Shown one piece after another: positions 35,183-44,225 of a stretch of 48,896 bases of DNA. The stretch is from the NCBI GenBank assembly GCA_034430335.1, contig DAOUES010000096.1:1-48896 (forward strand), read 5' to 3'. The notes below the pieces were generated by a model that made no database searches, had not been told where the DNA came from, and saw only the letters and a program-made list of their open reading frames with translations. The position numbers and the translations under genes were made by a program. This stretch comes from Anaerolineae bacterium. GTDB lineage: Bacteria > Chloroflexota > Anaerolineae > Aggregatilineales > UBA3940. The number at the start of each line of letters is the position of its first letter. Position 1 is the stretch's first letter.

Positions 35183-36091
35183 TTAGCCCGACGCTTCAGC
35201 GCCGGGTTTCGGCAATTTGTCGCCGGGCTGCCCGTCACGTGCCTGGCTCAGTATCACGCCGCCCACCGGGGCACCTGCATCGCGCCCCAGCACCGGGCAC
35301 TTGGCCTGTAGCAGCAGGAACACCCTGCCCCCGGCCTCGTTCAACGTTTCGTAGTTGGCCTGCCCTTTGGCAATGACCATATCGGCCTGGTCGAAGCGCT
35401 CGCGGAACGCCGTGCTGCACCGGCTCAAGATCGTTCCTTGTGTGTCAGAACCGGTTTCGATGACAGCAGCGGCGGCCTTGTCCAGGTCTGCCTGAACTGC
35501 ATCTTCAAGCGTGGCATCGTTTAGAATCGGGCCGCTCTTTACCACATAGGTCACCGGCTTGCCATACTCCGCATTGAGCGTCTCGATCAGCAGCCGGTCG
35601 AACACCGTCTCCCCGGCGTTGTCGGCCAGGTAGAGAATATCGTTCGCCCGGTCAAGCGTCTCCATAAACGCCGGGCGATTATCCACTGCGTAAGGCGCAG
35701 CCAGCACCCGCTCGACCGTTCCCCACAGGTCAAAGTCATCGGCGGCGGCAAAATCGATGATATTCCCGGCAATGCTGATCCTGATCGCCGTGTCGAGCGG
35801 ATCGTCGGCTTCGGTGACCAATTTCTTCAGGCGCGGGTAAAGCTCAAGTGCCTGCTCGGTGCTTTTTCGTTTGTCTTCACGATACGGGTCGTCGTTTCCC
35901 GTTACTTCGGCGGCGATCTTCAGGATCAGATATGCGATCTCAGGCGGCGTCAGCGTCGGGTCTATCGAGCGCAGTATGTCCAGAGAGCGGTGCATGATCG
36001 TGATCTGCTGCGCTTCGCTGGCGCTGGCTTTGCGTCCTGCCGTCAGCCCGACCTTCAGCAGGCAGGGGTAGCAGTCCAGAAATGTTCTCAT
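35183..36091 (-). CDS. DUF89 (ARMT1-like damage-control phosphatase) family protein
   Basis: MRTFLDCYPCLL.., ILYLADNAGETVFDRLLIE and VIAKGQANYETL are typical of DUF89. The ATG at 36089-36091 has a GGAGGA RBS, and the ORF-track start at 36220 is probably too long. Confidence 0.75.
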   Translation of the reverse strand: MRTFLDCYPCLLKVGLTAGRKASASEAQQITIMHRSLDILRSIDPTLTPPEIAYLILKIAAEVTGNDDPYREDKRKSTEQALELYPRLKKLVTEADDPLDTAIRISIAGNIIDFAAADDFDLWGTVERVLAAPYAVDNRPAFMETLDRANDILYLADNAGETVFDRLLIETLNAEYGKPVTYVVKSGPILNDATLEDAVQADLDKAAAAVIETGSDTQGTILSRCSTAFRERFDQADMVIAKGQANYETLNEAGGRVFLLLQAKCPVLGRDAGAPVGGVILSQARDGQPGDKLPKPGAEASG

Positions 36092-36307
36092 GCGTCCTCC
36101 GCAAATAAATAGTGGCCGGTCGGATGCTCCCAGTGCCATTGAGAGTGTGTCGAAACAGGTTGAATTGGCGACCGGTTGAGGGTGAAAACCGCCTGTCGCG
36201 TCGAATGATACCCAACGCACTGGCGAAAATCAATTCGTCCCCCTTTTCCTGTGAAGTTTCTATCTGTCGATGAGCGAAACGAATTTACGGGTAGACTTCA
36301 AACTGGA

Positions 36308-36336
36308 TTGCTATTGTACGTAGGTAAGGGTATAAT
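36308..36336 (+). promoter_or_regulatory. Near-consensus sigma70-type promoter of the 36394 cassette
   Basis: TTGCTA, 17 nt, TATAAT. Confidence 0.55.
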
Positions 36337-36393
36337 GACGCCCGCTTGAAACCCCGCATTTTCCAGGGGCAACGTGGTAAGTGTGTCTGATAC

Positions 36394-38013
36394 ATGCTGT
36401 CCACAGTACGGAGGCGTGCCCAAGTGCTGCAGCGAAAGACCCAGACCGATAAATACTGGGTTGAAGACTTCCAGTTAGAACAATCTGATATCGATCACCT
36501 CTACAACGTCTTATTGGAAATCGAAACCCCGCTGTCTACCGATCAAATGGCTCTGATCCTTGTCCGCAATCGTGTGAGGATAGAGGCTGAGAAACGAGAA
36601 TTGCGGGTTTCACCGGGTGATAGTTACCTCCCGTGTAAAGAATACCGGGAAGGTGATATTATCACCCTGCCGCAGTTTTCTGGTGTTCAGGCGAAGGTGA
36701 AAGTGGTTCGCCCTGGTGAAAATCCTGACTGCGGCAGTTTTTCGGTGATATCGGTTGAGCTTGATTCCGGGGAAGTCGTCGAACTGGCCTCTGAGTACGA
36801 TTTAGAGCATCCCCTGAACGTTGTTCCCGAAGTTGATGAGAAAACCGAAGACAGTGAACTGGTGCCGGAGGAGATATTCATCGAATACGGTGGATATGTC
36901 GCCGAACGGTTGGAGGAGACTTTCTCCGACCACGACGATCTGGTCCGTCTGGCAGGCCGTTGGTTCCCGAAGTCACTGCTTGCCGATGTCAATATCGGCC
37001 ACTTGAACCTGGCTGAAGCCGTCCTCGACATGCACGGCGGCGGTCCGTTGACGACTCCCGAAATCCTCGATCAGATTGGTATGATGGATGATGTCAACCA
37101 GCGGCTCGCCGAATTTTCGATGAATTATGCCCTGCAAGAGGACAACCGTTTTGACGAAGTTGGCGCTGCCGGTCAGGTTCTCTGGTATCTGCACCGGATG
37201 GAGCCGGACGAAGTCCGCAATATCCCTGACCGCCTGGAATACGTTTCCCTGCCGGATGATCCCGACTTGTTGACCGAAGAGATGAAGGAACTGGAACTGC
37301 AAATCGGCGATGAGCATTCTGATATTCCGGTTCGGCGTGGCCCCGCCCCGCAGTCGGTGACCATCACCCTGACTTATCCCCATCGCCGCGCCGGGACTTT
37401 GCCGCTGTCGCATCAGCTCCGGCGCATGTTCCCGACGGCCTATCGCGCTCCCCGGATCCGTTTCACGATTGTCGATGGCGATACCGGTGAAGAGATTCCT
37501 GCCTGGGTGGTGATGGCAGGTGGTTATGTCTATGGCCTCAAGAAATGGTTCGAAACCCACGATGTTCCTGCTGGCGGGTATCTGACCATCGAGCGAACCA
37601 GTGTCGAGGGGACGGTAATGGTCAAATATGCCGGTCGTAATCCTCGGAAAGAATGGGTGCTGACTGCTTTTGTCGAGAGCAGCCGTCTGCGGTTTGAGAA
37701 CCGCCAGCGAACGGTCTCCTGCGAGTACGATGAACTGATGATGATTGATGTCGACGACGATGAAGCAGTCGACAAATTATGGTCACAGGCTCGAAGCGGC
37801 AAAGTATCGTTTGAAGAACTCGTCTCGTCCATCGCCCGCGAACTGGCGGCCCTGAACCCGCAGGGGAATATCCATGCCAAGACCCTGTACGGCGCGGTGA
37901 ATGTCGTAAGGCGCTGCCCGCCGGGACCGATCTTCTCTTTGATCGTCGCGCTTCCACAGTTCGAACAGGTCGGCGGCCCGTACTGGCAGTTATCGAAAAG
38001 CGATGCCGAATAG
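36394..38013 (+). CDS. Hypothetical protein, 539 aa, with possible HARE-HTH/winged-helix-like modules
   Basis: Long clean ORF. An alternative start is the GTG at 36424, 9 nt after GGAGG. Segments such as LNLAEAVLDMHGGGPLTTPEILDQIG..NRFDEVGAAGQVLWYL and ..LPQFEQVGGPYWQL resemble the HARE-HTH ending pattern (RF..vG.g.W.L). I recognise no catalytic motif. Confidence 0.6.
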   Translation: MLSTVRRRAQVLQRKTQTDKYWVEDFQLEQSDIDHLYNVLLEIETPLSTDQMALILVRNRVRIEAEKRELRVSPGDSYLPCKEYREGDIITLPQFSGVQAKVKVVRPGENPDCGSFSVISVELDSGEVVELASEYDLEHPLNVVPEVDEKTEDSELVPEEIFIEYGGYVAERLEETFSDHDDLVRLAGRWFPKSLLADVNIGHLNLAEAVLDMHGGGPLTTPEILDQIGMMDDVNQRLAEFSMNYALQEDNRFDEVGAAGQVLWYLHRMEPDEVRNIPDRLEYVSLPDDPDLLTEEMKELELQIGDEHSDIPVRRGPAPQSVTITLTYPHRRAGTLPLSHQLRRMFPTAYRAPRIRFTIVDGDTGEEIPAWVVMAGGYVYGLKKWFETHDVPAGGYLTIERTSVEGTVMVKYAGRNPRKEWVLTAFVESSRLRFENRQRTVSCEYDELMMIDVDDDEAVDKLWSQARSGKVSFEELVSSIARELAALNPQGNIHAKTLYGAVNVVRRCPPGPIFSLIVALPQFEQVGGPYWQLSKSDAE

Positions 38014-38172
38014 GTAGTTCGAAAACCGGGTTATTGATCCTTCCGTCATTGTGCAGTTTCTTTACTGCTAACCATAATAGTGAAGAATCGGTTTTTCCGG
38101 CTTTAGCAATATTTGAAGGGATTTCGCTGCGTGGTTAAACCACCTGCTCCACCACAACTGAACAAACCAACG

Positions 38173-38568
38173 ATGACCACTCGTTTCTTTGTTGACGAAG
38201 AGTGGTGGAAACAGTCCGATAAAGATTTCCGCCTGGAATTGAATCGGCTCTGTGAAGAGTACGCCGGGGAGCCGATGCCCGAAGAGGCCGGTGATCCTTC
38301 CATCGACTGGGTTGATCCGCTGACCGCCCGTGTCGTGAGGGTCGACCCGGCCATGTATTACTTCTTGACGACCTGCTGCGTTCATCCCGATTTCATCACT
38401 GACCGCACGACGCTGATCGAGGCGGTTTTTCGTGCGCTGGTCGCCGCGGCCAATGTCCCGATGACGCCCATCGAACTATCCGAACGGATCGGCAGACCGG
38501 CTGATACCATCTACAAGACCCTGGCCGGGCGGAAAGTCTTCAAGGGCATCCGGCCTTTCTCAGGTTAG
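38173..38568 (+). CDS. Hypothetical protein, 131 aa
   Basis: I start the gene at the ATG at 38173 (MTTRFFVDEEWWKQSD..). The C-terminus TLIEAVFRALVAAANVPMTPIELSERIGRPADTIYKTLAGRKVFKGI looks like a small wHTH. Confidence 0.5.
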   Translation: MTTRFFVDEEWWKQSDKDFRLELNRLCEEYAGEPMPEEAGDPSIDWVDPLTARVVRVDPAMYYFLTTCCVHPDFITDRTTLIEAVFRALVAAANVPMTPIELSERIGRPADTIYKTLAGRKVFKGIRPFSG

Positions 38569-38582
38569 TGTTCCGGCACTTC

Positions 38583-38611
38583 TTGACGGGCTTCCTTCTG
38601 TTGGCTAGAAT
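38583..38611 (+). promoter_or_regulatory. Candidate promoter of tRNA-Arg
   Basis: TTGACG, 17 nt, TAGAAT, ending about 36 nt upstream of the tRNA 5' end. Confidence 0.55.
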
Positions 38612-38647
38612 GCTTCATAATCGACTGGTAAATGAATAGCCTTATTC

Positions 38648-38720
38648 GCCCTCGTAGCTCAGTGGATAGAGCGGCAGCCTTCTAAGCTGATGGTCGCAGG
38701 TTCGAGTCCTGCCGGGGGCG
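38648..38720 (+). tRNA. tRNA-Arg (anticodon TCT)
   Basis: Folded by hand: acceptor GCCCTCG/CGGGGGC, D arm GCTC-AGTGGATA-GAGC, anticodon loop CTTCTAA, T arm GCAGG-TTCGAGT-CCTGC. 73 nt. Confidence 0.9.
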
Positions 38721-38914
38721 CTGTTTTTATCTTGGGCCGTTTCTTCTATTGACAATCTATCCGGAAATTACCTCGTAAGGTTCATTTTGTGCCTATCCGA
38801 AACAAGCAATGCGGACTTATGGATAGGTTTTAGGACTACGGTAATCTAGAACAAAATCACAGTGTGCATATACTACAAAAACCGACCGTTGGTATTGACC
38901 CACATGGAGGAAAT

Positions 38915-40630
38915 ATGCGTATGAAGCGCGTGATACTTGGCTTCGTAACCCTGGTCGTTTTGCTGATCGCCTTTTCCGTTCCAACTCAACCAGCTGCGGC
39001 CCAGGCCGGTCATCAGGTGTGGACGTTCTACATGGGCTATTGGACCGGTGGCATCTCCTGGGATGCGCAGGCGAACATCCTCGGCGACTGGCCGACAATG
39101 GGTAAATACGACTCGCGTGACCCCGGTGTGGCCGCCGCCCACATCGATCAGGCCCAAAGCGCCGGGATCGACGCTTTCCTGGTAAGCTGGTATGGCTCCG
39201 GCGAAACACTCACCACTACGCCTACTCTGAACAATATGCTCGACCGCGCCGCCGAAAGAGGCTTTCACGTGGCGGCTGTCCTCGACTGTTTCAACCCCGG
39301 TTTCATGCGTGATCGCGGCCAGATTGTTTCTTCGCTGAACTACTTGATCCATGATCGTGTTAACCATCCGGGCTATCTGCGCTACAACGGGAAGCCGGTG
39401 ATCGTCTTTGCCTTCCAGGATACGCTGGGTTTTTCGACCGCCGATTGGCAGGCGATCCGCAACGAAGTCGATCCGGGCCGGAACACCATCTGGCTCGCCG
39501 AAGGACTCAACGGGTGCTGCATGTACGGCGGTGCGATGGACGGTATGTACGCTTTCAACATCGCCTGGGCCGGTGGCAGTGCCGCCCGGTATTCTCTTGA
39601 GCAGAATTCGGTCTACGCGCAGGGTGGATCGATCTACGTGCCGACCGTTCACCCCGGTTGGGATGAAGACCGGATCGCCGTGCGCGATGGCCGCGCGAAC
39701 CCAACCGCGCGCCAGGATCGGGCCGGTGGGCAGTATCTGATCAACAGTTGGAACGGCGCAACCTCGGTCAACCCGGATGTGATCCTCGTCGTCAGTTGGA
39801 ATGAGTTCATGGAAGGATCGTATATCGAGCCGAGCCAGGTTTATGGCACGCAGAGTCTCGATATACTGCGTTCGCTGATCGTTGCCTGGAAAGCCGGTGC
39901 GCCTGCGGGTGCTTCTCCCGTATCGGTCAGCCCGCCTTCCACCGGCGCAGCCGGGATTGTGGCCGAGGCCACATCCTACGGGTTGAATGTCCGGTCGGGG
40001 CCGGGGACGGAATATGCCGCGCTCGGCCAGATTTATCCCGGCGCGCAGTATGCCGTAACCGGCAGTCAGGCTGATTGGCTGTCGATTGATTACAACGGGC
40101 AGACGGGCTGGGTGGCCGGGTGGCTGGTTCGCCAGTCTTCCGGTGCGCTGTCGTCGGTGTCGCCTGCCGCTGCTCCTGTGACGGCGGCTGCCGGTGAGTT
40201 CGCCGAATCCCTTACCTACAGTCTCAACGTTCGCTCCGGTCCCGGCACCGAGAACCAACCGGTTGGGCAGATCCACCCGGGAACGAAATACGCCGTGCTT
40301 GGCCGTTCCGGTGATTGGGTATCCATCGACTACAACGGGCAGACGGCCTGGGTCGCCGGGTGGCTGGTGACGATCACCGGGGTGCCGGTTCCCGTTGCCC
40401 CGCAGCCGGTCATCGACTTCCGTGCATCACCGGCCACCGTCAAGCGCGGGCAGTGTGCAACTGTCGCCTGGGATGTCGAAAATATCGACAGTGTGTACTT
40501 CGACGGCGAGGGAGTCGTCGGCCATGCTTCGCGTGAAGTCTGCCCGGCATCGACCTCGACCTATTTTCTCGATGTCGTCCTCGTCGACGGTTCGACCACC
40601 CGCCGCGAGGTAACCGTCACCGTTCAATAA
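38915..40630 (+). CDS. Secreted GH99-like glycoside hydrolase domain, two SH3b domains and a C-terminal Ig-like domain
   Basis: The ATG at 38915 has a GGAGGA RBS and a signal peptide (MRMKRVILGFVTLVVLLIAF..AAAQAG). GKYDSRDPGVAAAHIDQAQSAGIDAFLVSWYG and VVSWNEFMEGSYIEP resemble GH99 motifs. There are two SH3_3-like repeats (LNVRSGPGTE...DWLSIDYNGQTGWVAGWLV). Confidence 0.75.
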   Translation: MRMKRVILGFVTLVVLLIAFSVPTQPAAAQAGHQVWTFYMGYWTGGISWDAQANILGDWPTMGKYDSRDPGVAAAHIDQAQSAGIDAFLVSWYGSGETLTTTPTLNNMLDRAAERGFHVAAVLDCFNPGFMRDRGQIVSSLNYLIHDRVNHPGYLRYNGKPVIVFAFQDTLGFSTADWQAIRNEVDPGRNTIWLAEGLNGCCMYGGAMDGMYAFNIAWAGGSAARYSLEQNSVYAQGGSIYVPTVHPGWDEDRIAVRDGRANPTARQDRAGGQYLINSWNGATSVNPDVILVVSWNEFMEGSYIEPSQVYGTQSLDILRSLIVAWKAGAPAGASPVSVSPPSTGAAGIVAEATSYGLNVRSGPGTEYAALGQIYPGAQYAVTGSQADWLSIDYNGQTGWVAGWLVRQSSGALSSVSPAAAPVTAAAGEFAESLTYSLNVRSGPGTENQPVGQIHPGTKYAVLGRSGDWVSIDYNGQTAWVAGWLVTITGVPVPVAPQPVIDFRASPATVKRGQCATVAWDVENIDSVYFDGEGVVGHASREVCPASTSTYFLDVVLVDGSTTRREVTVTVQ

Positions 40631-40650
40631 GTGCGGCTGCTGAAAAAAAT

Positions 40651-40684
40651 AACAGCCAGGGGATCGCCTCTGGCTGTTTTGTGT
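40651..40684. terminator. Rho-independent terminator with A-tract and T-tract flanks
   Basis: aaaaaaat-aacagccag-10-nt loop-ctggctgtt-ttgtgtt. Confidence 0.75.
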
Positions 40685-40841
40685 TATGGGGGTAGGGGGA
40701 TCAATATCCCCATAGCTGTCAATTTAAAGAACCGAAACCTGAGATGCTTTTTGCGAGCGGTAGCGAGCAGTTAATTCAATTCGCGTAATCTGCGTAATTC
40801 GCGGATAAACCTTGAGGTTCAATACCAAAGACCTCGCTCGA

Positions 40842-41312
40842 TCAATATCCCTTCGATTGTTCGCGCAGGGTGCGTCTGATCTTCCGCTCCGATTCCCGCT
40901 TGGCAATGGCCTGCCGCTTGTCGTGCTGTTTCTGGCCCTTCGCCAGCCCGATCTCGATCTTGGCCCGCCCCCGGCTCAGGTAGACGCGCAGCACGATGAT
41001 CGTATAACCCTTCCGCTGCACATCCGCCGACCACCGGTCGATCTCGCGGCGGTGCATCAGCAGCTTTCGCGGGCGAAGTGGATCATGGTTGTCCCGGTGG
41101 GCAGGATCGTATTGTGCGATGTGCATGTTCAGCACCCACAATTCTCCCCGCCGCTCGGCGACGTAGGCTTCCTGGATGCTGACATGCCCGGCCCGGATCG
41201 ATTTGATTTCGGTGCCGGTCAGCACGATGCCTGCTTCGAGCGATTCCTCGATGAAGTATTGGTGACGAGCCTTGCGGTTCGTCGCGATTACTTTGACGTT
41301 TTCTGTAGCCAT
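40842..41312 (-). CDS. smpB: SsrA-binding protein SmpB
   Basis: MATENVKVIATNRKARHQYFIEE..GTEIKSIR..LLMHRREI..GYTIIVLRVY. The start is the ATG at 41310-41312 (or GTG at 41313-41315), 1-4 nt after the upstream stop. Confidence 0.95.
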   Translation of the reverse strand: MATENVKVIATNRKARHQYFIEESLEAGIVLTGTEIKSIRAGHVSIQEAYVAERRGELWVLNMHIAQYDPAHRDNHDPLRPRKLLMHRREIDRWSADVQRKGYTIIVLRVYLSRGRAKIEIGLAKGQKQHDKRQAIAKRESERKIRRTLREQSKGY

Positions 41313-41316
41313 CACG

Positions 41317-42567
41317 TTATTGTTGGTTCGTCAGGTATTCGATTGCACGTTCAAGTTGAACGTCGTCCTCCGCCGGTTCGGACGGCGACTCGACTATTAT
41401 ATCGGGTTCGACGCCGTTACCGGTAATCGACACATCGTCCGGGGTGTACCAGTTCGCATAGGTCACGCGGAGCAGCGAACTGTCCGAGAGATTATACTGG
41501 ATTTGGACCGACCCCTTCCCGAAGGTCGTCTCGCCGATCAGCGTCCCCCGGTCGTTGTCCTTGATCGCCGCTGCGACGATTTCAGACGCACTGGCGCTGT
41601 TTTGATTGACCAGAACGACCAGCGGAATCGATTCGGCGAAGTCGCCGTTGGTGCTTTTGAACTCGCGTTCCTGCCCGTCGACATCGCGCTGGATCAGGAT
41701 CAATCCGTCTTTCAGGAACATGTCGGCCACGCTGACCGATTCGTCGAGGAACCCACCGGGGTTGTCACGCAGGTCAAGGATGATCGCTTCCGCGCCGTCG
41801 TCCATCAACCCCTCGACTTCTTCACGAAGACGGCTGCTGGCGCGTGCGTTGAACTCGTAGAGCGCCACGTAACCGATATTGTCGTCGAGCATACGGCTCT
41901 CGACGGTCGGTATTTCGAGCCTGGCCCGTGTCACCTCGACATCGAACGGTGCCTCGCTTCCTTCCCGGTAGACCGTCAGTACGACCTGGGTATCTGCCGG
42001 GCCGCGAATGAGCAGCAGCGACTCGCGCAGGTATTTCTGGGTGACGTCCACCCCGTCGACGGCGATGATGATGTCACCGGCCAGCAGCCCTGCTTCTTCA
42101 GCCGGGCTGTCTTCGAAGACCCTGAAGACGTACACACCCCCGCCGGGAGCATCCTCGACGAATGCGCCGATCCCTTCGTAACTGCCGGTGCTGTCCTCGT
42201 TGATGATCCGTGCCGCGTCGGGCGGAATATAAGCGGTATACGGGTCGCCCAACGAACCGACCAGCCCCTGGACTGCGCCCTGTACCCGTACTTCTTCGCT
42301 CGGTATGTCATAGTAGAATCGATCTTCGATGGTATCCCAGGCTTCCCAGAACACCGTCATATCGGCCTGGTCGCTGCCGTCAGCTTGAAACGGCGAGATT
42401 GAGAGTTCCTGCCCATTGCTGCCGGTCGATTCCTGCGACGTATACATCGATCCGGCGATGAAACCGGCAGAAAAGATAACCAGGGAAACCACCACCAGCC
42501 CCAGGATCAGCATGACTGCCCGGAGGGCGGTTTTTAGTTCCCCGTTATTTGATTGTGTTTCGAACAT
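41317..42567 (-). CDS. S41-family C-terminal processing (tail-specific type) peptidase with PDZ domain
   Basis: N-terminal TM helix, PDZ domain (LLAGDIIIAVDG) and S41 core (ILDLRDNPGG..GETTFGKGSVQ). Confidence 0.9.
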   Translation of the reverse strand: MFETQSNNGELKTALRAVMLILGLVVVSLVIFSAGFIAGSMYTSQESTGSNGQELSISPFQADGSDQADMTVFWEAWDTIEDRFYYDIPSEEVRVQGAVQGLVGSLGDPYTAYIPPDAARIINEDSTGSYEGIGAFVEDAPGGGVYVFRVFEDSPAEEAGLLAGDIIIAVDGVDVTQKYLRESLLLIRGPADTQVVLTVYREGSEAPFDVEVTRARLEIPTVESRMLDDNIGYVALYEFNARASSRLREEVEGLMDDGAEAIILDLRDNPGGFLDESVSVADMFLKDGLILIQRDVDGQEREFKSTNGDFAESIPLVVLVNQNSASASEIVAAAIKDNDRGTLIGETTFGKGSVQIQYNLSDSSLLRVTYANWYTPDDVSITGNGVEPDIIVESPSEPAEDDVQLERAIEYLTNQQ

Positions 42568-42721
42568 TTATTTACCCTTAACCCCGATTCTTCAATGCTC
42601 TATTTGATGTCGTGGACTCCAAATCCGACCACATTACAAGCAATTGCTTGAGCGAATTGGCAGGCCGGTTCGCCGATGGACTGAGCCGTCAGGCTCACAG
42701 GAGGGTGACCGGTCTCGATTC

Positions 42722-43939
42722 TTAAGATTCATCAGCCCCGGATTCCGCCAGCGTCTCGCCCAGCGTCTCGACGGCGGCGTCCAACGCGGCGTCACTGCCC
42801 CCGGCTGGCTCGACGACGATGTCGGGCGTCAACCCGATCTCCTCGATCCGTTCGTGGTCGGGGGTGTACCATTCGGCGCTTGTGACGTGTAGTTGTGAAC
42901 CGTCACTCAGCGTATGGATATACTGCACGGACCCTTTCCCAAACGTCTGGGTGCCGATAATCACTGCCCGTTCCCGGTCCCTGAACGCACCGGCCAGGAT
43001 TTCCGAGGCGCTGGCCGTATTTTCGTTGACCAGTATCGCCAGCGGCTCGTCAAGCCAGGAGCCGCCCGCCGAGGCATTGAACACCCTTTCATTGCCGTCG
43101 TTTTGCAGTTCGTAAAGGATCACACCGCCGTTCAGGAATTCGCCGGCGACGCCCACCGCCGAATCGACAAGCCCGCCGCCGTTGTTGCGCAGGTCGATCA
43201 CGAGCGCCTGGCAGTTGCTGTCGCCGAGTTCTTGCAGCGCCTGTTTGATTTCTTCCGGCGTGCGTTCGGTGAACCGTGTGATCTGGATGACGCCGATCTC
43301 CGGGCTGTCTTCTACGACGTACCAGAAAACGGATGGCAGCAGCACTTCTGCCCGTTCGATCTCGAAATCGAGCCGTTCGCCATCCCGCTCGACGGTGATC
43401 ACCACGATATCGCCGATTTCCCCCCGGATCGCCGCCAGCAGTTCGGTCATGTCGGGGGCGCTCTCGTCGACGGCTTCCCCGTCGACGGCGACGATCACGT
43501 CACCTGCTTTGACGCCTGCGATGTAGGCCGGGTTGTCACGGTAGACCGTTACGATGATGTACCGTCCCTGTTCGTCGCGGGTGATCTCCGCGCCGATGCC
43601 GCCAAACCGTCCGGCCAGGCTGTCTTCGTTGACTTCCGCGTTCGACGGTTCGACGAAATAGGTGTACCGGTTGCCTACCGATGCAACCATCCCGGCGACC
43701 GCCGCGTGAATCCGGTCCGATTCCTCCGGCAGTTCGTACAGGTAGTCGCTTTCGAGAACAGCATCGGCTTCGTTCAGCAGTTCGAACGATGTCGGGCTGG
43801 TTTCTGGTTTGACGTAGTATTCGTTGAAGAAGAAACCGGCGCCAAAGGCAATGCTGAACGCCCCACCGGTTATAACGCCTCTTAGCAGCGCTTGCCAGAA
43901 GGGATGCCGCGCAAAGCCTGTTGTATTTTCTGTTTTCAT
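42722..43939 (-). CDS. S41-family C-terminal processing peptidase with PDZ domain (paralog)
   Basis: N-terminal TM helix, PDZ domain (VKAGDVIVAVDG) and S41 core (VIDLRNNGGG..GTQTFGKGSVQ). Confidence 0.9.
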   Translation of the reverse strand: MKTENTTGFARHPFWQALLRGVITGGAFSIAFGAGFFFNEYYVKPETSPTSFELLNEADAVLESDYLYELPEESDRIHAAVAGMVASVGNRYTYFVEPSNAEVNEDSLAGRFGGIGAEITRDEQGRYIIVTVYRDNPAYIAGVKAGDVIVAVDGEAVDESAPDMTELLAAIRGEIGDIVVITVERDGERLDFEIERAEVLLPSVFWYVVEDSPEIGVIQITRFTERTPEEIKQALQELGDSNCQALVIDLRNNGGGLVDSAVGVAGEFLNGGVILYELQNDGNERVFNASAGGSWLDEPLAILVNENTASASEILAGAFRDRERAVIIGTQTFGKGSVQYIHTLSDGSQLHVTSAEWYTPDHERIEEIGLTPDIVVEPAGGSDAALDAAVETLGETLAESGADES

Positions 43940-44098
43940 GACCGTCTGACGTATCCTCTGAATCTTCGCTATGCGGTGTTTTCTGGGTTAAGATTTTAGC
44001 TGTTCCCCGTTCGTTTTCGGGGCTATCGGATTGTATCGTACGGGTGACGGTCTGGCTATTGCCGGGGATCGGACCTTCCCGTGCCATTTACTCATATA

Positions 44099-44127
44099 TT
44101 GCGACTGTGTGTCGGATATGTTACACT
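44099..44127 (+). promoter_or_regulatory. Candidate promoter of tRNA-Pro
   Basis: TTGCGA, 17 nt, TACACT, ending 11 nt before the tRNA 5' end. Confidence 0.55.
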
Positions 44128-44138
44128 GTGCGCAGCAT

Positions 44139-44213
44139 CGGGGCGTGGCGCAGTTTGGCTAGCGCGCTACAATGGGGTTGTAGAGGTCGACGGTTCAAAT
44201 CCGTCCGCCCCGA
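44139..44213 (+). tRNA. tRNA-Pro (anticodon GGG)
   Basis: Folded by hand: acceptor CGGGGCG/CGCCCCG (C1-G72), D arm GCGC-10 nt-GCGC, anticodon stem CTACA/TGTAG with loop ATGGGGT, T arm GACGG-TTCAAAT-CCGTC. 75 nt. Confidence 0.9.
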
Positions 44214-44225
44214 CAGATAGAAAAT

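Noticed and set aside
38873-40276. A 467-aa ORF antisense to the GH99-like/SH3b gene. Similar long antisense ORFs occur at 41272-42402, 42914-43885, 5205-6218, 4693-5403, 33233-34006 and 24122-24862.
   Set aside because: They are Arg/Gly/Pro/His-rich with no motifs. Each lies exactly opposite a gene with clear family signatures. Long stop-free antisense frames are expected in GC-rich coding DNA.
40773-40811. A gcgtaat tandem (ttcgcgtaatctgcgtaattcgcgga) sharing the 10-mer tccgcgaatt with 48308-48317, as a possible additional repeat family.
   Set aside because: The shared stretch is too short to distinguish from chance by eye. It would need a genome-wide count.
40631-40841. A search for ssrA (tmRNA) next to smpB.
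   Set aside because: The spacer is only 211 bp. It contains a terminator hairpin and a small palindrome (ggggatcaatatcccc), with no tRNA-Ala-like acceptor/T-arm and no tag reading frame. tmRNA must be encoded elsewhere.
38648-44213. The possibility that the tRNA-Arg to tRNA-Pro interval is an integrated island.
   Set aside because: The interval has no integrase, no direct repeat of a tRNA 3' end and no phage or plasmid genes. Its content (smpB, S41 peptidases, a wall hydrolase) is core-like and its composition looks native.
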